A stretch of DNA of 64,000 nt from an uncultured Rhodobacteraceae bacterium (GTDB taxonomy: Bacteria > Pseudomonadota > Alphaproteobacteria > Rhodobacterales > Rhodobacteraceae): assembly GCA_947501355.1 (NCBI GenBank), contig CANMVA010000001.1, positions 1,695,492 through 1,759,491 on the forward strand. The letters run 5' to 3'. The notes below the pieces were generated by a model that was not told where the DNA came from, did no database searches, and worked only from the letters and a program-made list of their open reading frames with translations. Position 1 is the first letter of the stretch; each line of letters opens with the position of its first letter. Position numbers and translations under genes: made by a program. Shown here one piece after another: positions 45,434 through 53,532 of this stretch.

Positions 45434-45801
45434 GCTACCGCGCGGTCATCGCTCTGAACAGGCTGCTTTTTGCCGGGCTTTTCATCGTCTTATGTTTTGT
45501 GCCGACCGTCTATCTGACGGGCTACGGCATCACGACCGAGGACAGCGCCCAGTTCATCACCCGCCGCGCGTCCCCGATGTTTCTGGGGCTGGCCTATATG
45601 ATGTGGGCGATCCGCAGCCTCGACCCGTCTCCTGCGCGGCGTGCGCTGACCGACGGCACGGCGCTTTTGTTGCTTGGCATCGCCGCGACCGGGCTTTATT
45701 CCCTCGCGACCGGGGCCGTGGGGCCGAAAATTCTGGTGGGCGTTGCCGTGGAAATCCCCTTTGCCGCCGCCCTTTTGTCGGTCCGCAACAAAGCCCCCTA
45801 G
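45430..45801 (+). CDS. hypothetical four-TM membrane protein
   Basis: 123 aa with hydrophobic segments. The GTG start overlaps the upstream stop. No family recognised. Confidence 0.55.
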   Translation: MSYRAVIALNRLLFAGLFIVLCFVPTVYLTGYGITTEDSAQFITRRASPMFLGLAYMMWAIRSLDPSPARRALTDGTALLLLGIAATGLYSLATGAVGPKILVGVAVEIPFAAALLSVRNKAP

Positions 45802-45847
45802 TTTCCACTTGCGCACCGCGCCCGCACGATTGTATGCACCCCCTCAC

Positions 45848-45937
45848 GGAGCGGTGGCCGAGTGGTCGAAGGCGCACGCCTGGAAAGTGTGTAGGCGGGA
45901 AACCGTCTCCAGGGTTCGAATCCCTGTCGCTCCGCCA
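45848..45937 (+). tRNA. tRNA-Ser (GGA)
   Basis: GGAGCGGTGGCCGAGTGGTCGAAGGCGCACGCCTGGAAAGTGTGTAGGCGGGAAACCGTCTCCAGGGTTCGAATCCCTGTCGCTCCGCCA. It has a long variable arm, anticodon loop CTGGAAA and an encoded CCA. Confidence 0.93.
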
Positions 45938-46042
45938 CAGGCTTTTCGCAAGGCGAAACGCCTGTCCCCAATCTGATAGCAGAACTGAGCGGCAATTGCA
46001 TCGCAGATGCAATGAGAGCGTTCGAGACGCGAACTAAATTCG

Positions 46043-46055
46043 TGTCGCTCCGCCA
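46043..46055 (+). repeat. exact 13-nt copy of the tRNA-Ser 3' end (TGTCGCTCCGCCA), att-like
   Basis: Identical to 45925..45937. The two copies are separated by a 105-nt lower-GC segment. Confidence 0.85.
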
Positions 46056-46145
46056 TTTCCACTTCTTTAGGTCGTTTGGTCGGTTGGCCCGGAACCTCTG
46101 GCCCGGTTCGGCGGTTGATCTTTCGCAACCTCGAAAGGACATGCC

Positions 46146-46556
46146 ATGACCCAGTTTTCCCATCCGCCCATCAACCAGATCCCCACCTCTGACCCGACGG
46201 TCTATGCGTTCAGCGTCGCCGGTCACATTGACGATGACGCCTCAGAGGCGCTGGCCGAGTATATGCTGGCGGCGTTCAAAAAACATGACAAGGTCAACAT
46301 GCTGCTCGATCTGACCGGATTCACCGGCAGCGACTGGGACAGCATGCTGGACGGCGACGTGATCGCATCGCGCTTCAAGGCGTTGACCCATGTGAAGCGC
46401 TATGCAGTTGTCGGCGCGCCTGAGAAAGCCGCCAAGATGATCGGGTTCATGGACAAGATCATCCCGGTGGAGGCCCGCGCTTTTGATGCCGACGAAACCG
46501 ACGCCGCGTGGAGCTTTGTCGGAACCCGGCCACAGGTCGCGCCGGGCGCTGCCTGA
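46146..46556 (+). CDS. STAS/SpoIIAA-like (DUF3478-type) domain protein
   Basis: 136 aa. The pattern [13 protein letters not shown]...[18 protein letters not shown] is that of the STAS/SEC14-like family. Confidence 0.65.
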   Translation: MTQFSHPPINQIPTSDPTVYAFSVAGHIDDDASEALAEYMLAAFKKHDKVNMLLDLTGFTGSDWDSMLDGDVIASRFKALTHVKRYAVVGAPEKAAKMIGFMDKIIPVEARAFDADETDAAWSFVGTRPQVAPGAA

Positions 46557-46591
46557 TTGCAGCCATGGCGGCACCCGCCTAGGGTGCGGTC

Positions 46592-47344
46592 ATGAGCACG
46601 ACCACCCCGCAAACCTGGCCTCAAATCCGAAACGCTGGCGTTGACGGGATGCTGGTCAGCTTTGCCGATGCGCTCAGCGAGCCATCGAACCGCGCGGCGC
46701 TCGCCTTTCGGGAGCGGATCGAGCGGGAAGGCTGGGATGGCGTGCTTGAGACGTCCTCGACCTTGGCCTCGGCATTCGTGCGATTTGATCCGTTCGTGCT
46801 GCCCCATGTGGAGCTGCGCATGCGTCTTGAAGCGCTTCTGACAGAGGTCAATTGGTTTAACGCGGCTCCACCCAACGAGCGTCGCTTCTGGCGTATCCCG
46901 GCTGCCTTTGGCGGGGAGTTGGCCCCGCAATTGGGGGGCGCCGCCGAGGCCGCCGGGATGACCGTGGCCGAGGCTGTCACTTCGCTATCCTCGGCCCGCG
47001 TGCGCGTCACCACATTGGGTTTCGCCGCCGGACAGCCATACCTTGGCGAGCTGCCAGAGGCGTGGAACCTGCCGCGCCAATCCGGTTTGACGCCGAAAGT
47101 GCCTGTGGGCGCTTTGGTCGTCGCGATCCGGCAGTTCGTTCTCTTTGCGACCTCTGCGCCCACGGGCTGGCAGCATGTGGCGCAGACGGCCTTCACCTGT
47201 TTTCGCCCCGACAGCGAGACCCCGTTCGCGTTGCGTGCGGGCGACGAAGTGCAGTTTACCCCGATCACCCGCGAAGAGCTTGAAGCCATCCGGACCCGCG
47301 ACACCAGCGGCGATGGTGGTGCAACGGTGGAGCCGATCCGGTGA
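46592..47344 (+). CDS. pxpB: 5-oxoprolinase subunit B (KipI / allophanate hydrolase subunit 1 family)
   Basis: TLGFAAGQPYLGELP and PVGALVVAIRQFVLF. Context with pxpC and pxpA. Confidence 0.85.
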   Translation: MSTTTPQTWPQIRNAGVDGMLVSFADALSEPSNRAALAFRERIEREGWDGVLETSSTLASAFVRFDPFVLPHVELRMRLEALLTEVNWFNAAPPNERRFWRIPAAFGGELAPQLGGAAEAAGMTVAEAVTSLSSARVRVTTLGFAAGQPYLGELPEAWNLPRQSGLTPKVPVGALVVAIRQFVLFATSAPTGWQHVAQTAFTCFRPDSETPFALRAGDEVQFTPITREELEAIRTRDTSGDGGATVEPIR

Positions 47345-48351
47345 GCGGCTTGCGGGTGGTGAGCATCGGCCCATCGGTCACCGTGCAGGATCAAGGGCGG
47401 CCCGGTTTCGTTGCCAGCGGCTTGTCGCGCGGCGGGGCGGTGGATTTGCTGGCGCTCTCCGAAGGGGCGGCTTTGCTGGGGCAGTGCGCTGATCTGGCCA
47501 CCCTTGAAATGGCTGGCTTTGGCGGTGTTTTCAAAGCCGAACGCGATCTGCGCATCGCTTTGACCGGGGCGGCGATGCAAGCGAGTTTGGACGGCGCGCC
47601 CTTGCGCTGGAACGCAAGCCATGCGGTTCCAATGGGGGCCGAACTGCGCATCGGCGCTGCCAGTTCAGGCGGCTATGGGTATCTGCATCTGGGCGGCGGG
47701 GTCGATGCACCGATGGTGATGGGCGCGCGTTCGACCGATCTCAATTCGCAAATCGGGCGGCGCGTGGCAGACGGCGATCTGTTGCCCGTCGGGCCTGATG
47801 TCGGTGGCCCTGTTGGCTGCGTGCTGGACGGCGCATCCCGTGATGATGGCGGCACGATCCGCATGGTGCGCTCGTTCCAGACGCCGCTTTTCGCCAAAGA
47901 TGAATTGGCCCGGTTCGAGGCGACCGTTTTTCATCGCGACATGCGCGGCAACCGCATGGGCGTGCGGCTGAAGCCGCAAGGGGCGGGCTTTCAGGCCGAG
48001 GGGGGCCTGACTGTGTTGTCGGAAATCATCATGATCGGCGATGTTCAAATGACCGGCGATGGCGCGCCCTTCGTTTTGTTGCCCGAAGCGCAAACCACAG
48101 GGGGATATCCCCGGATCGGCACGATCCTGCCGTGCGATTTGCCGAAACTGGTGCAGGCGCCCCCCGACGCAGACCTGCGCTTCACCTTTATCACGTTGGA
48201 GGAGGCGTTGGACGCCGAACGCGCCTTCAAAGCGCAGCTGGCGGATTTACCTCGGCAGATCGCCCCGTTAATCCGTGCACCGGGTGACGTGCCGGACCTT
48301 CTGACCTATCAATTGATCAGCGGCGTGGCCCGCGGCGACGAGGAGCATTAG
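47341..48351 (+). CDS. pxpC: 5-oxoprolinase subunit C (KipA / allophanate hydrolase subunit 2 family)
   Basis: VTVQDQGRPG, GGAVD and QTTGGYPRIG. The start overlaps the pxpB stop. Confidence 0.85.
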   Translation: MSGLRVVSIGPSVTVQDQGRPGFVASGLSRGGAVDLLALSEGAALLGQCADLATLEMAGFGGVFKAERDLRIALTGAAMQASLDGAPLRWNASHAVPMGAELRIGAASSGGYGYLHLGGGVDAPMVMGARSTDLNSQIGRRVADGDLLPVGPDVGGPVGCVLDGASRDDGGTIRMVRSFQTPLFAKDELARFEATVFHRDMRGNRMGVRLKPQGAGFQAEGGLTVLSEIIMIGDVQMTGDGAPFVLLPEAQTTGGYPRIGTILPCDLPKLVQAPPDADLRFTFITLEEALDAERAFKAQLADLPRQIAPLIRAPGDVPDLLTYQLISGVARGDEEH

Positions 48352-49122
48352 ATGACCGGTCAAGTCGATCTGAACGCAGATATGGGCGAGAGCTTCGGGC
48401 CTTGGCCCATGGGTCAGGACGCGGCTCTGCTCGAGGTGATCAGCTCGGCCAACATCGCCTGCGGCTTTCACGCGGGCGATCCTGACGTAATGGCCCAAAC
48501 CATGGCGCTGGCCGTCCAAAACGACGTCGGCATCGGCGCGCATCCGGGCTTTCCCGACTTGCAAGGCTTTGGGCGGCGCAATATGGATCTGAGCCATGAC
48601 AGCCTCCGCCATCTGGTCGCGTATCAGTTGGGGGCAGCCCAGGCGATGGCTGTGGCCGCAGGCGGCCGCGTGCGCCACCTCAAGCTGCACGGGGCATTGG
48701 CCAATATGTGCGCAGTGGACGCGGCGATGGCGCGGGCCTGTTACGAAGGCGCGCTGGCCGTTGATCCCGACATTATTGTCATGGTGCTCGCAGGCACTCA
48801 GCAGCAAGCAGCGGTGCAAGAGCTGGGTTGCCTCTGGGCCGCCGAGATTTTTGCGGATCGCGCCTATAATGACGACGCGACGCTGGTGAATCGCAGGCTC
48901 GACGGGGCCGTGATCCACGACGCGGCCATCGCCGGACCCCGGATTGCACAGATGGTGCGCGAAGGGGCGATCATCGCGGAGAGCGGCAAGCGGATCGCCA
49001 CACCCATCGACACGGTCTGCCTGCATGGTGACACCGCAGGCGCTCTGGAGATCGCCAAATCCGTGCGCGCCGCATTAGAGGGCGACGGCATCACCATCGC
49101 CCCGTTTGAAGGCCGTCGCTAA
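48352..49122 (+). CDS. pxpA: 5-oxoprolinase subunit A (LamB/YcsF family)
   Basis: VDLNADMGESFGPW, ANIACGFHAGDP and KLHGALANM. Confidence 0.9.
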   Translation: MTGQVDLNADMGESFGPWPMGQDAALLEVISSANIACGFHAGDPDVMAQTMALAVQNDVGIGAHPGFPDLQGFGRRNMDLSHDSLRHLVAYQLGAAQAMAVAAGGRVRHLKLHGALANMCAVDAAMARACYEGALAVDPDIIVMVLAGTQQQAAVQELGCLWAAEIFADRAYNDDATLVNRRLDGAVIHDAAIAGPRIAQMVREGAIIAESGKRIATPIDTVCLHGDTAGALEIAKSVRAALEGDGITIAPFEGRR

Positions 49123-49886
49123 GCCTCGGAAATCCCGCGCAGCCAGTCCCAAGCCGCAGGCTCATTGGTCTCTGCAAAGACCTCAATCTCGATGCCTGTC
49201 ACCGCGCGCGCAATCCCGACCATGGGTTTGATCCAGCGTTCATCGGTGACAATCGCATAGCGGCGCATCTGCTTCGCCGCGCCCATCTTCATCTCGATGA
49301 AGTCCTTTTGCACCAGGACCTGCGGATCAAATCCGCCAAAGCGCTTGATCCGGGCAAAGGCATCAAACGGCTCTCCGGTCTCGATCTTGGCCCGGAACGC
49401 GGCGGCCACCACCTCGGCCTGATCGTCGCTCATGTAACCGTCCAGCTCAAAGGCCAGCACGCCGTCGATCTCGCTGTCGATCATGCGCAGGCCCTTGCCT
49501 TTGGGCGTCACCGGATCTGTCAGGTTTTGCGCAAAGGCGCGCGCGGCCTCGCGGTCGTCGGGATCAAAACACTCCATCTTTGTCATCGGCAAGATCGGGT
49601 CCATGAACCGCTCCGCGGTGCGGATCCATTGCTTATCGGTCAGGATGGCGATGCGCGGGAACCGGTGAAGCCGGGGCAGGGCACCCGCTTCGTGGGTCAG
49701 GTCTTCGAGGATCGCACGGCCCGTCATATCGGCAAATTCGCTCAGGTCGATGATAACGCCGATCTTCTTGGCATCGGCAATTTCGGGCCAGAGCTGGTTA
49801 TAGAAACTGCGCACTTCCTCTTCGGTAATCGTTCCGCGGGCGGTGATTTCCAGAAGGTCGGCAGAGATACGGTCAAACGTCAGCAT
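49119..49886 (-). CDS. protein with two tandem STAS/SpoIIAA-like (DUF3478-type) domains
   Basis: ATG 49886 is preceded by AAAGGAGG. Two internal repeats (IGVIIDLSEFADM...FPRIAILTDKQWIR and FDAFARIKRFGGF...MRRYAIVTDERWIK). Confidence 0.7.
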   Translation of the reverse strand: MLTFDRISADLLEITARGTITEEEVRSFYNQLWPEIADAKKIGVIIDLSEFADMTGRAILEDLTHEAGALPRLHRFPRIAILTDKQWIRTAERFMDPILPMTKMECFDPDDREAARAFAQNLTDPVTPKGKGLRMIDSEIDGVLAFELDGYMSDDQAEVVAAAFRAKIETGEPFDAFARIKRFGGFDPQVLVQKDFIEMKMGAAKQMRRYAIVTDERWIKPMVGIARAVTGIEIEVFAETNEPAAWDWLRGISEA

Positions 49887-49968
49887 AGGTGTCCTCCTTT
49901 CGCTGGGCACGGGAGTAACACTTTAGATGTGTGCAGCCTGTGACAGGCCTTCAAGATGCGTGGACAGC

Positions 49969-50916
49969 TTACGCAGGGTCACACATATAGGCAGCGTTTC
50001 CGGTGAGGGCCGCATAGTCATCCAGCACGATCGAGACCGGAAAATTGCCCATGAAACCGGCAAACCGGCCTTTGTCGCGGAAGGCCTCCGTGAAGCCATG
50101 CTGGCCCAGATGCGGCAGCATCGCGCGGGCCACACCCCCCACCAGAAAGACGCCGCCAAAGGGCAGATGCACCAGTGACAGATTGCCCGCGACGGTGCCG
50201 AGAATGCGGATGAAAACGCGCAACGCCTCTTGCGCGCGCGAATCTGTAGCCGCCCCGTCCATGATGTCTTTGGCCGATTTTTCCGAGCTTTCCTCGGCCT
50301 CATGGGCCAACCAGTGATAGACCCGCTCCAACCCGCGTCCCGACAGAACGTCTTCGATGGCCGGAAAGCCATGGGCGGTTTCGACGAACTGGCACAGGCG
50401 CAGTTCTTCCTCGGTGCGGATCGGCAGGTTCGCGTGACCGCATTCAGAGGGCGCCACATGGCGTCCGGCTCGCGTGATGTGGATGGGGGCCGCGTTGAAA
50501 CCCGTGCCCAGACCGATCACCAATTGGCTGGCGTCGGGCTTTGCTGTGATTCCGGTGGTGACCTCGGCAATGGTCTTGGGGTCAAGCGCCTCAATCGCAT
50601 GACCCTGCGCTTGCAGGTCGTTCAAAAGCGCGGCTTCCGGCGCGCCGGTGGCATCGCGCAGTAGATCGCCGTCCATCGTCCAATCCAGATTGGTCAACGC
50701 TCCCACGCCGTCGCGCACGGGGCCCGCCACGCAGACGCAAACCGCGTCGGGTGTCGTGTCATGGGCAGCCAGATATGCGCGCAGCACGGTCGCGATGCCG
50801 GGGTGATCAGCGTTGCGGAACCGCTGGATCGAGCCGGTGTCGACCGCGTGGTCATGGGCAATCGCGACCCGCGTGTTGGTGCCGCCGATATCTGCCACGA
50901 GGATGCGTTTGACCAT
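49969..50916 (-). CDS. glk: glucokinase
   Basis: ILVADIGGTNTRVAI and LVIGLGTGFN. 315 aa. Confidence 0.88.
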   Translation of the reverse strand: MVKRILVADIGGTNTRVAIAHDHAVDTGSIQRFRNADHPGIATVLRAYLAAHDTTPDAVCVCVAGPVRDGVGALTNLDWTMDGDLLRDATGAPEAALLNDLQAQGHAIEALDPKTIAEVTTGITAKPDASQLVIGLGTGFNAAPIHITRAGRHVAPSECGHANLPIRTEEELRLCQFVETAHGFPAIEDVLSGRGLERVYHWLAHEAEESSEKSAKDIMDGAATDSRAQEALRVFIRILGTVAGNLSLVHLPFGGVFLVGGVARAMLPHLGQHGFTEAFRDKGRFAGFMGNFPVSIVLDDYAALTGNAAYMCDPA

Positions 50917-50926
50917 TGCGTGTGCC

Positions 50927-52234
50927 TTATTGTGATAGCGCTAACTTGAGCGCCTCATAAGACGCTTTCGGGGTGCGCTGCAAGCTCTCGAAATCGACAT
51001 GAACAAGGCCAAAGCGTTTTTCATAGCCCAAGGCCCATTCGTAATTGTCCAAGAGCGACCAGATGAAATAGCCTTTCAGCGGAACCCCCTCGGCCATCGC
51101 GGCGCGTGCCTTTGCAACATGGGCGTTCAGATAGGCGATACGGTCCTGATCATCGCTTGGGGCAGGGCTCGCCATGCCATTCTCGGTCATATAAAGCGGC
51201 AGATCGCTGGTGTAGTTCGCCGCGGTGCGGGTCAGGAAATTATAAAGGCCATCCGGGTAAACCTCCCACCCCATCTGGGTTTTCGGCAAGGGGCCGTCGA
51301 CCTCCTCATAGCCGGGCCACGGGCCACCGGTCGGCCCGATCAGCTTGCGGGTATAGTAGTTCAGGCCCACCCAATCGACAGGCGCTGCGATCGTATCGAA
51401 ATCATCCTGCCACCCCGCGGGCAGATGCGGTTCAAGACCCTTCAGGACACGCTCCGGATAGGCTTTGTGAAACATCCCGCCCAGAAAGAAGCGATTGTAA
51501 ATCGCGTCGTAATCCAGCGCCGCCTCGCGCGCCGCGTCACTTTCGTCTGCCGGATCGGCCCATTCGAAATTACAAACCGCGCCCAGATTGCTCATCCCCA
51601 ACCCGCGCATGCGCTCAATCGCGGTGCCGTGGGCGAGCAAAACGTGGTGCATGGCGCGGGCCGCTGCACGGATGTCGCGCATCCCCGGTGCGTGATGGCC
51701 CATGAAATGGCTCAGCCACGCCACGCACCACGGCTCGTTAATCGGCGCGACCGAGTGCATCCGGTCCCCGATGCGCCCCATGATCACCTCGGCAAAATCC
51801 CCGAACCATCCTGCGATATCACGGTTCCGCCACCCGCCCAGATCGGCCAGCGGCTGTGGCAATTCCCAGTGATAAAGCGTGGCGCAAGGCTTCAGCCCAC
51901 GCTCCAGCATCGCATCGGTCAGACGGTCGTAGAAATCCAGACCCTCGGCGTTGGCCGTGCCGCGCCCGTCGGGCAGCACGCGCGCCCAACTGGTTGAGAA
52001 ACGATAGGCGTCAAAGCCCGCCGCTTTGATCAGATCAAGGTCCTCCTCGAACCGGTGATAATGATCGCAAGCCAGATCGCCATGCTCTGCGCGCACCACA
52101 TTGCCGGGGGTTGCGGCGAAGCTGTCCCAATGGGTCGGGCCTGCACCGCCAAAGCTGTGGCCTTCGATTTGGTAAGACGATGTGGCAGCCCCCCAAAGGA
52201 AGCCTTCGGGGAAGTCGGAGCGTTTGAAATCCAT
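50927..52234 (-). CDS. GH1 beta-glucosidase
   Basis: FLWGAATSSYQIEGH, INEPW (acid/base Glu) and YMTENG (nucleophile Glu). Confidence 0.93.
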   Translation of the reverse strand: MDFKRSDFPEGFLWGAATSSYQIEGHSFGGAGPTHWDSFAATPGNVVRAEHGDLACDHYHRFEEDLDLIKAAGFDAYRFSTSWARVLPDGRGTANAEGLDFYDRLTDAMLERGLKPCATLYHWELPQPLADLGGWRNRDIAGWFGDFAEVIMGRIGDRMHSVAPINEPWCVAWLSHFMGHHAPGMRDIRAAARAMHHVLLAHGTAIERMRGLGMSNLGAVCNFEWADPADESDAAREAALDYDAIYNRFFLGGMFHKAYPERVLKGLEPHLPAGWQDDFDTIAAPVDWVGLNYYTRKLIGPTGGPWPGYEEVDGPLPKTQMGWEVYPDGLYNFLTRTAANYTSDLPLYMTENGMASPAPSDDQDRIAYLNAHVAKARAAMAEGVPLKGYFIWSLLDNYEWALGYEKRFGLVHVDFESLQRTPKASYEALKLALSQ

Positions 52235-52236
52235 CT

Positions 52237-53274
52237 TTAGTCCGTTCTGGAGGTGGGGGCAGGGCCTGTTGATCCACCAACCACCAATTGCGCTTCAAGC
52301 AGACGATTGGGCGGTGGCAGATGCGGTTTGGCGATCCGTTCCAGCAGCATCTGCGCGGCCTGGCGTCCGGCTTCGCGCACCGAGGAACAGGTCGCAGTAA
52401 AGATCGGGGCATCCTCGCCATTCTTGAAGTAACTCAGCGCGTCGTCATGGGTGATGACCGAGATATCGCGCCCCATGCGCAGCCCGCGTTCCTCGATCGC
52501 GCGGCGCACGCCGATGGCCGTGATCATAGACGACACAAGAAACGCCGTCGGGGCCGCGTCACTGTCCAGCAGGTCACACACGCTGTCATAGCCGTAGCGT
52601 TCCGTCATTTCTTCGCTGCGCATATAGGCCGGAGTCAGGGGCAAGTCGCGCGCCGTCAGCGCCTCTTCATAGCCCGCACGGCGGCGGCTGGCGAAGTCGA
52701 GCTCTTCCAGACCGTTGATCAACGCGATCCTGCGATGTCCCAGATCCAGCAAAAAATCCGTCGCCCGCCGAAACGCCTTGCGGTTGTTCACATCCAGCCA
52801 CGCATAAGGCGTGGTCACCGCACTGGCGCGCCCATGCACCACGAATGGCACGCCCAGATCATCCAGCATCGCGATACGCGCATCACCGCTTTTGGGGCCA
52901 TGCACAATCAGCCCGTCCACCGCGCCTTTGCCGCGTAAATCGCGGTAGGTCTTTTCCTCCTGACCGTCCTCAACCAGCGACAAGACCATGTCATAGCCAT
53001 TGCGCGAATAGGTCTCGCCAGCGCCCGCGATGAAGTCCCCGAAGACCGGGTTCACCATCTCGTGCTGTTTGGACATCGGGATCACATGCCCAATCGCCAT
53101 CGCACGTCCCGTCGCCAGCCCTTTGGCGCGAGTGTTGGGGCGATAGTTATGCTGCTCTGCAGCTTGAACAACGCGGGCGCGGGTCGCCTCATTGACCTCC
53201 GGATAGCCGTTCAAAGCCCGGCTGACGGTGGTTTGGGACAATCCGAGATTCTGTGCCAATTCCCTGAGATTCAT
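52237..53274 (-). CDS. LacI-family transcriptional regulator
   Basis: MNLRELAQNLGLSQTTVSRALNG HTH followed by a periplasmic-binding-protein-like core. Confidence 0.92.
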   Translation of the reverse strand: MNLRELAQNLGLSQTTVSRALNGYPEVNEATRARVVQAAEQHNYRPNTRAKGLATGRAMAIGHVIPMSKQHEMVNPVFGDFIAGAGETYSRNGYDMVLSLVEDGQEEKTYRDLRGKGAVDGLIVHGPKSGDARIAMLDDLGVPFVVHGRASAVTTPYAWLDVNNRKAFRRATDFLLDLGHRRIALINGLEELDFASRRRAGYEEALTARDLPLTPAYMRSEEMTERYGYDSVCDLLDSDAAPTAFLVSSMITAIGVRRAIEERGLRMGRDISVITHDDALSYFKNGEDAPIFTATCSSVREAGRQAAQMLLERIAKPHLPPPNRLLEAQLVVGGSTGPAPTSRTD

Positions 53275-53287
53275 GGTCTTCTTCGTT

Positions 53288-53301
53288 TCAAAGCGCTTTC
53301 A
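53288..53301. promoter_or_regulatory. LacI-type operator half-palindrome TCAAAGC|GCTTTCA
   Basis: 13 of 14 positions are palindromic with an AAAGCGCTTT core. It lies 14 nt upstream of the LacI-family gene start. Confidence 0.55.
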
Positions 53302-53454
53302 ATTTCGCAGAACGGTAGCGAGCATCTGTGGATCGGTCAAAGACAATCACGCAGGGCTGGAATCCTTTGCACCTGCAGCAAAGAGACAGAGAAATAAGCG
53401 CGTTGAGAGATCATCAATTGACAGGTCTGCCATTTACGGTTCTCTTACCGCCAC

Positions 53455-53468
53455 CCAAAGCGCTTTGG
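53455..53468. promoter_or_regulatory. LacI-type operator, perfect palindrome CCAAAGC|GCTTTGG
   Basis: It has the same AAAGCGCTTT core as 53288..53301. It lies 65 nt upstream of the aglE ATG and about 30 nt downstream of a perfect TTGACA (53418..53423). Confidence 0.6.
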
Positions 53469-53532
53469 AAATGATTCCACGCGCATTGATGCTTGTAAGC
53501 GCTGAAACTGGCGCGACATGGGAGGAAAATCT

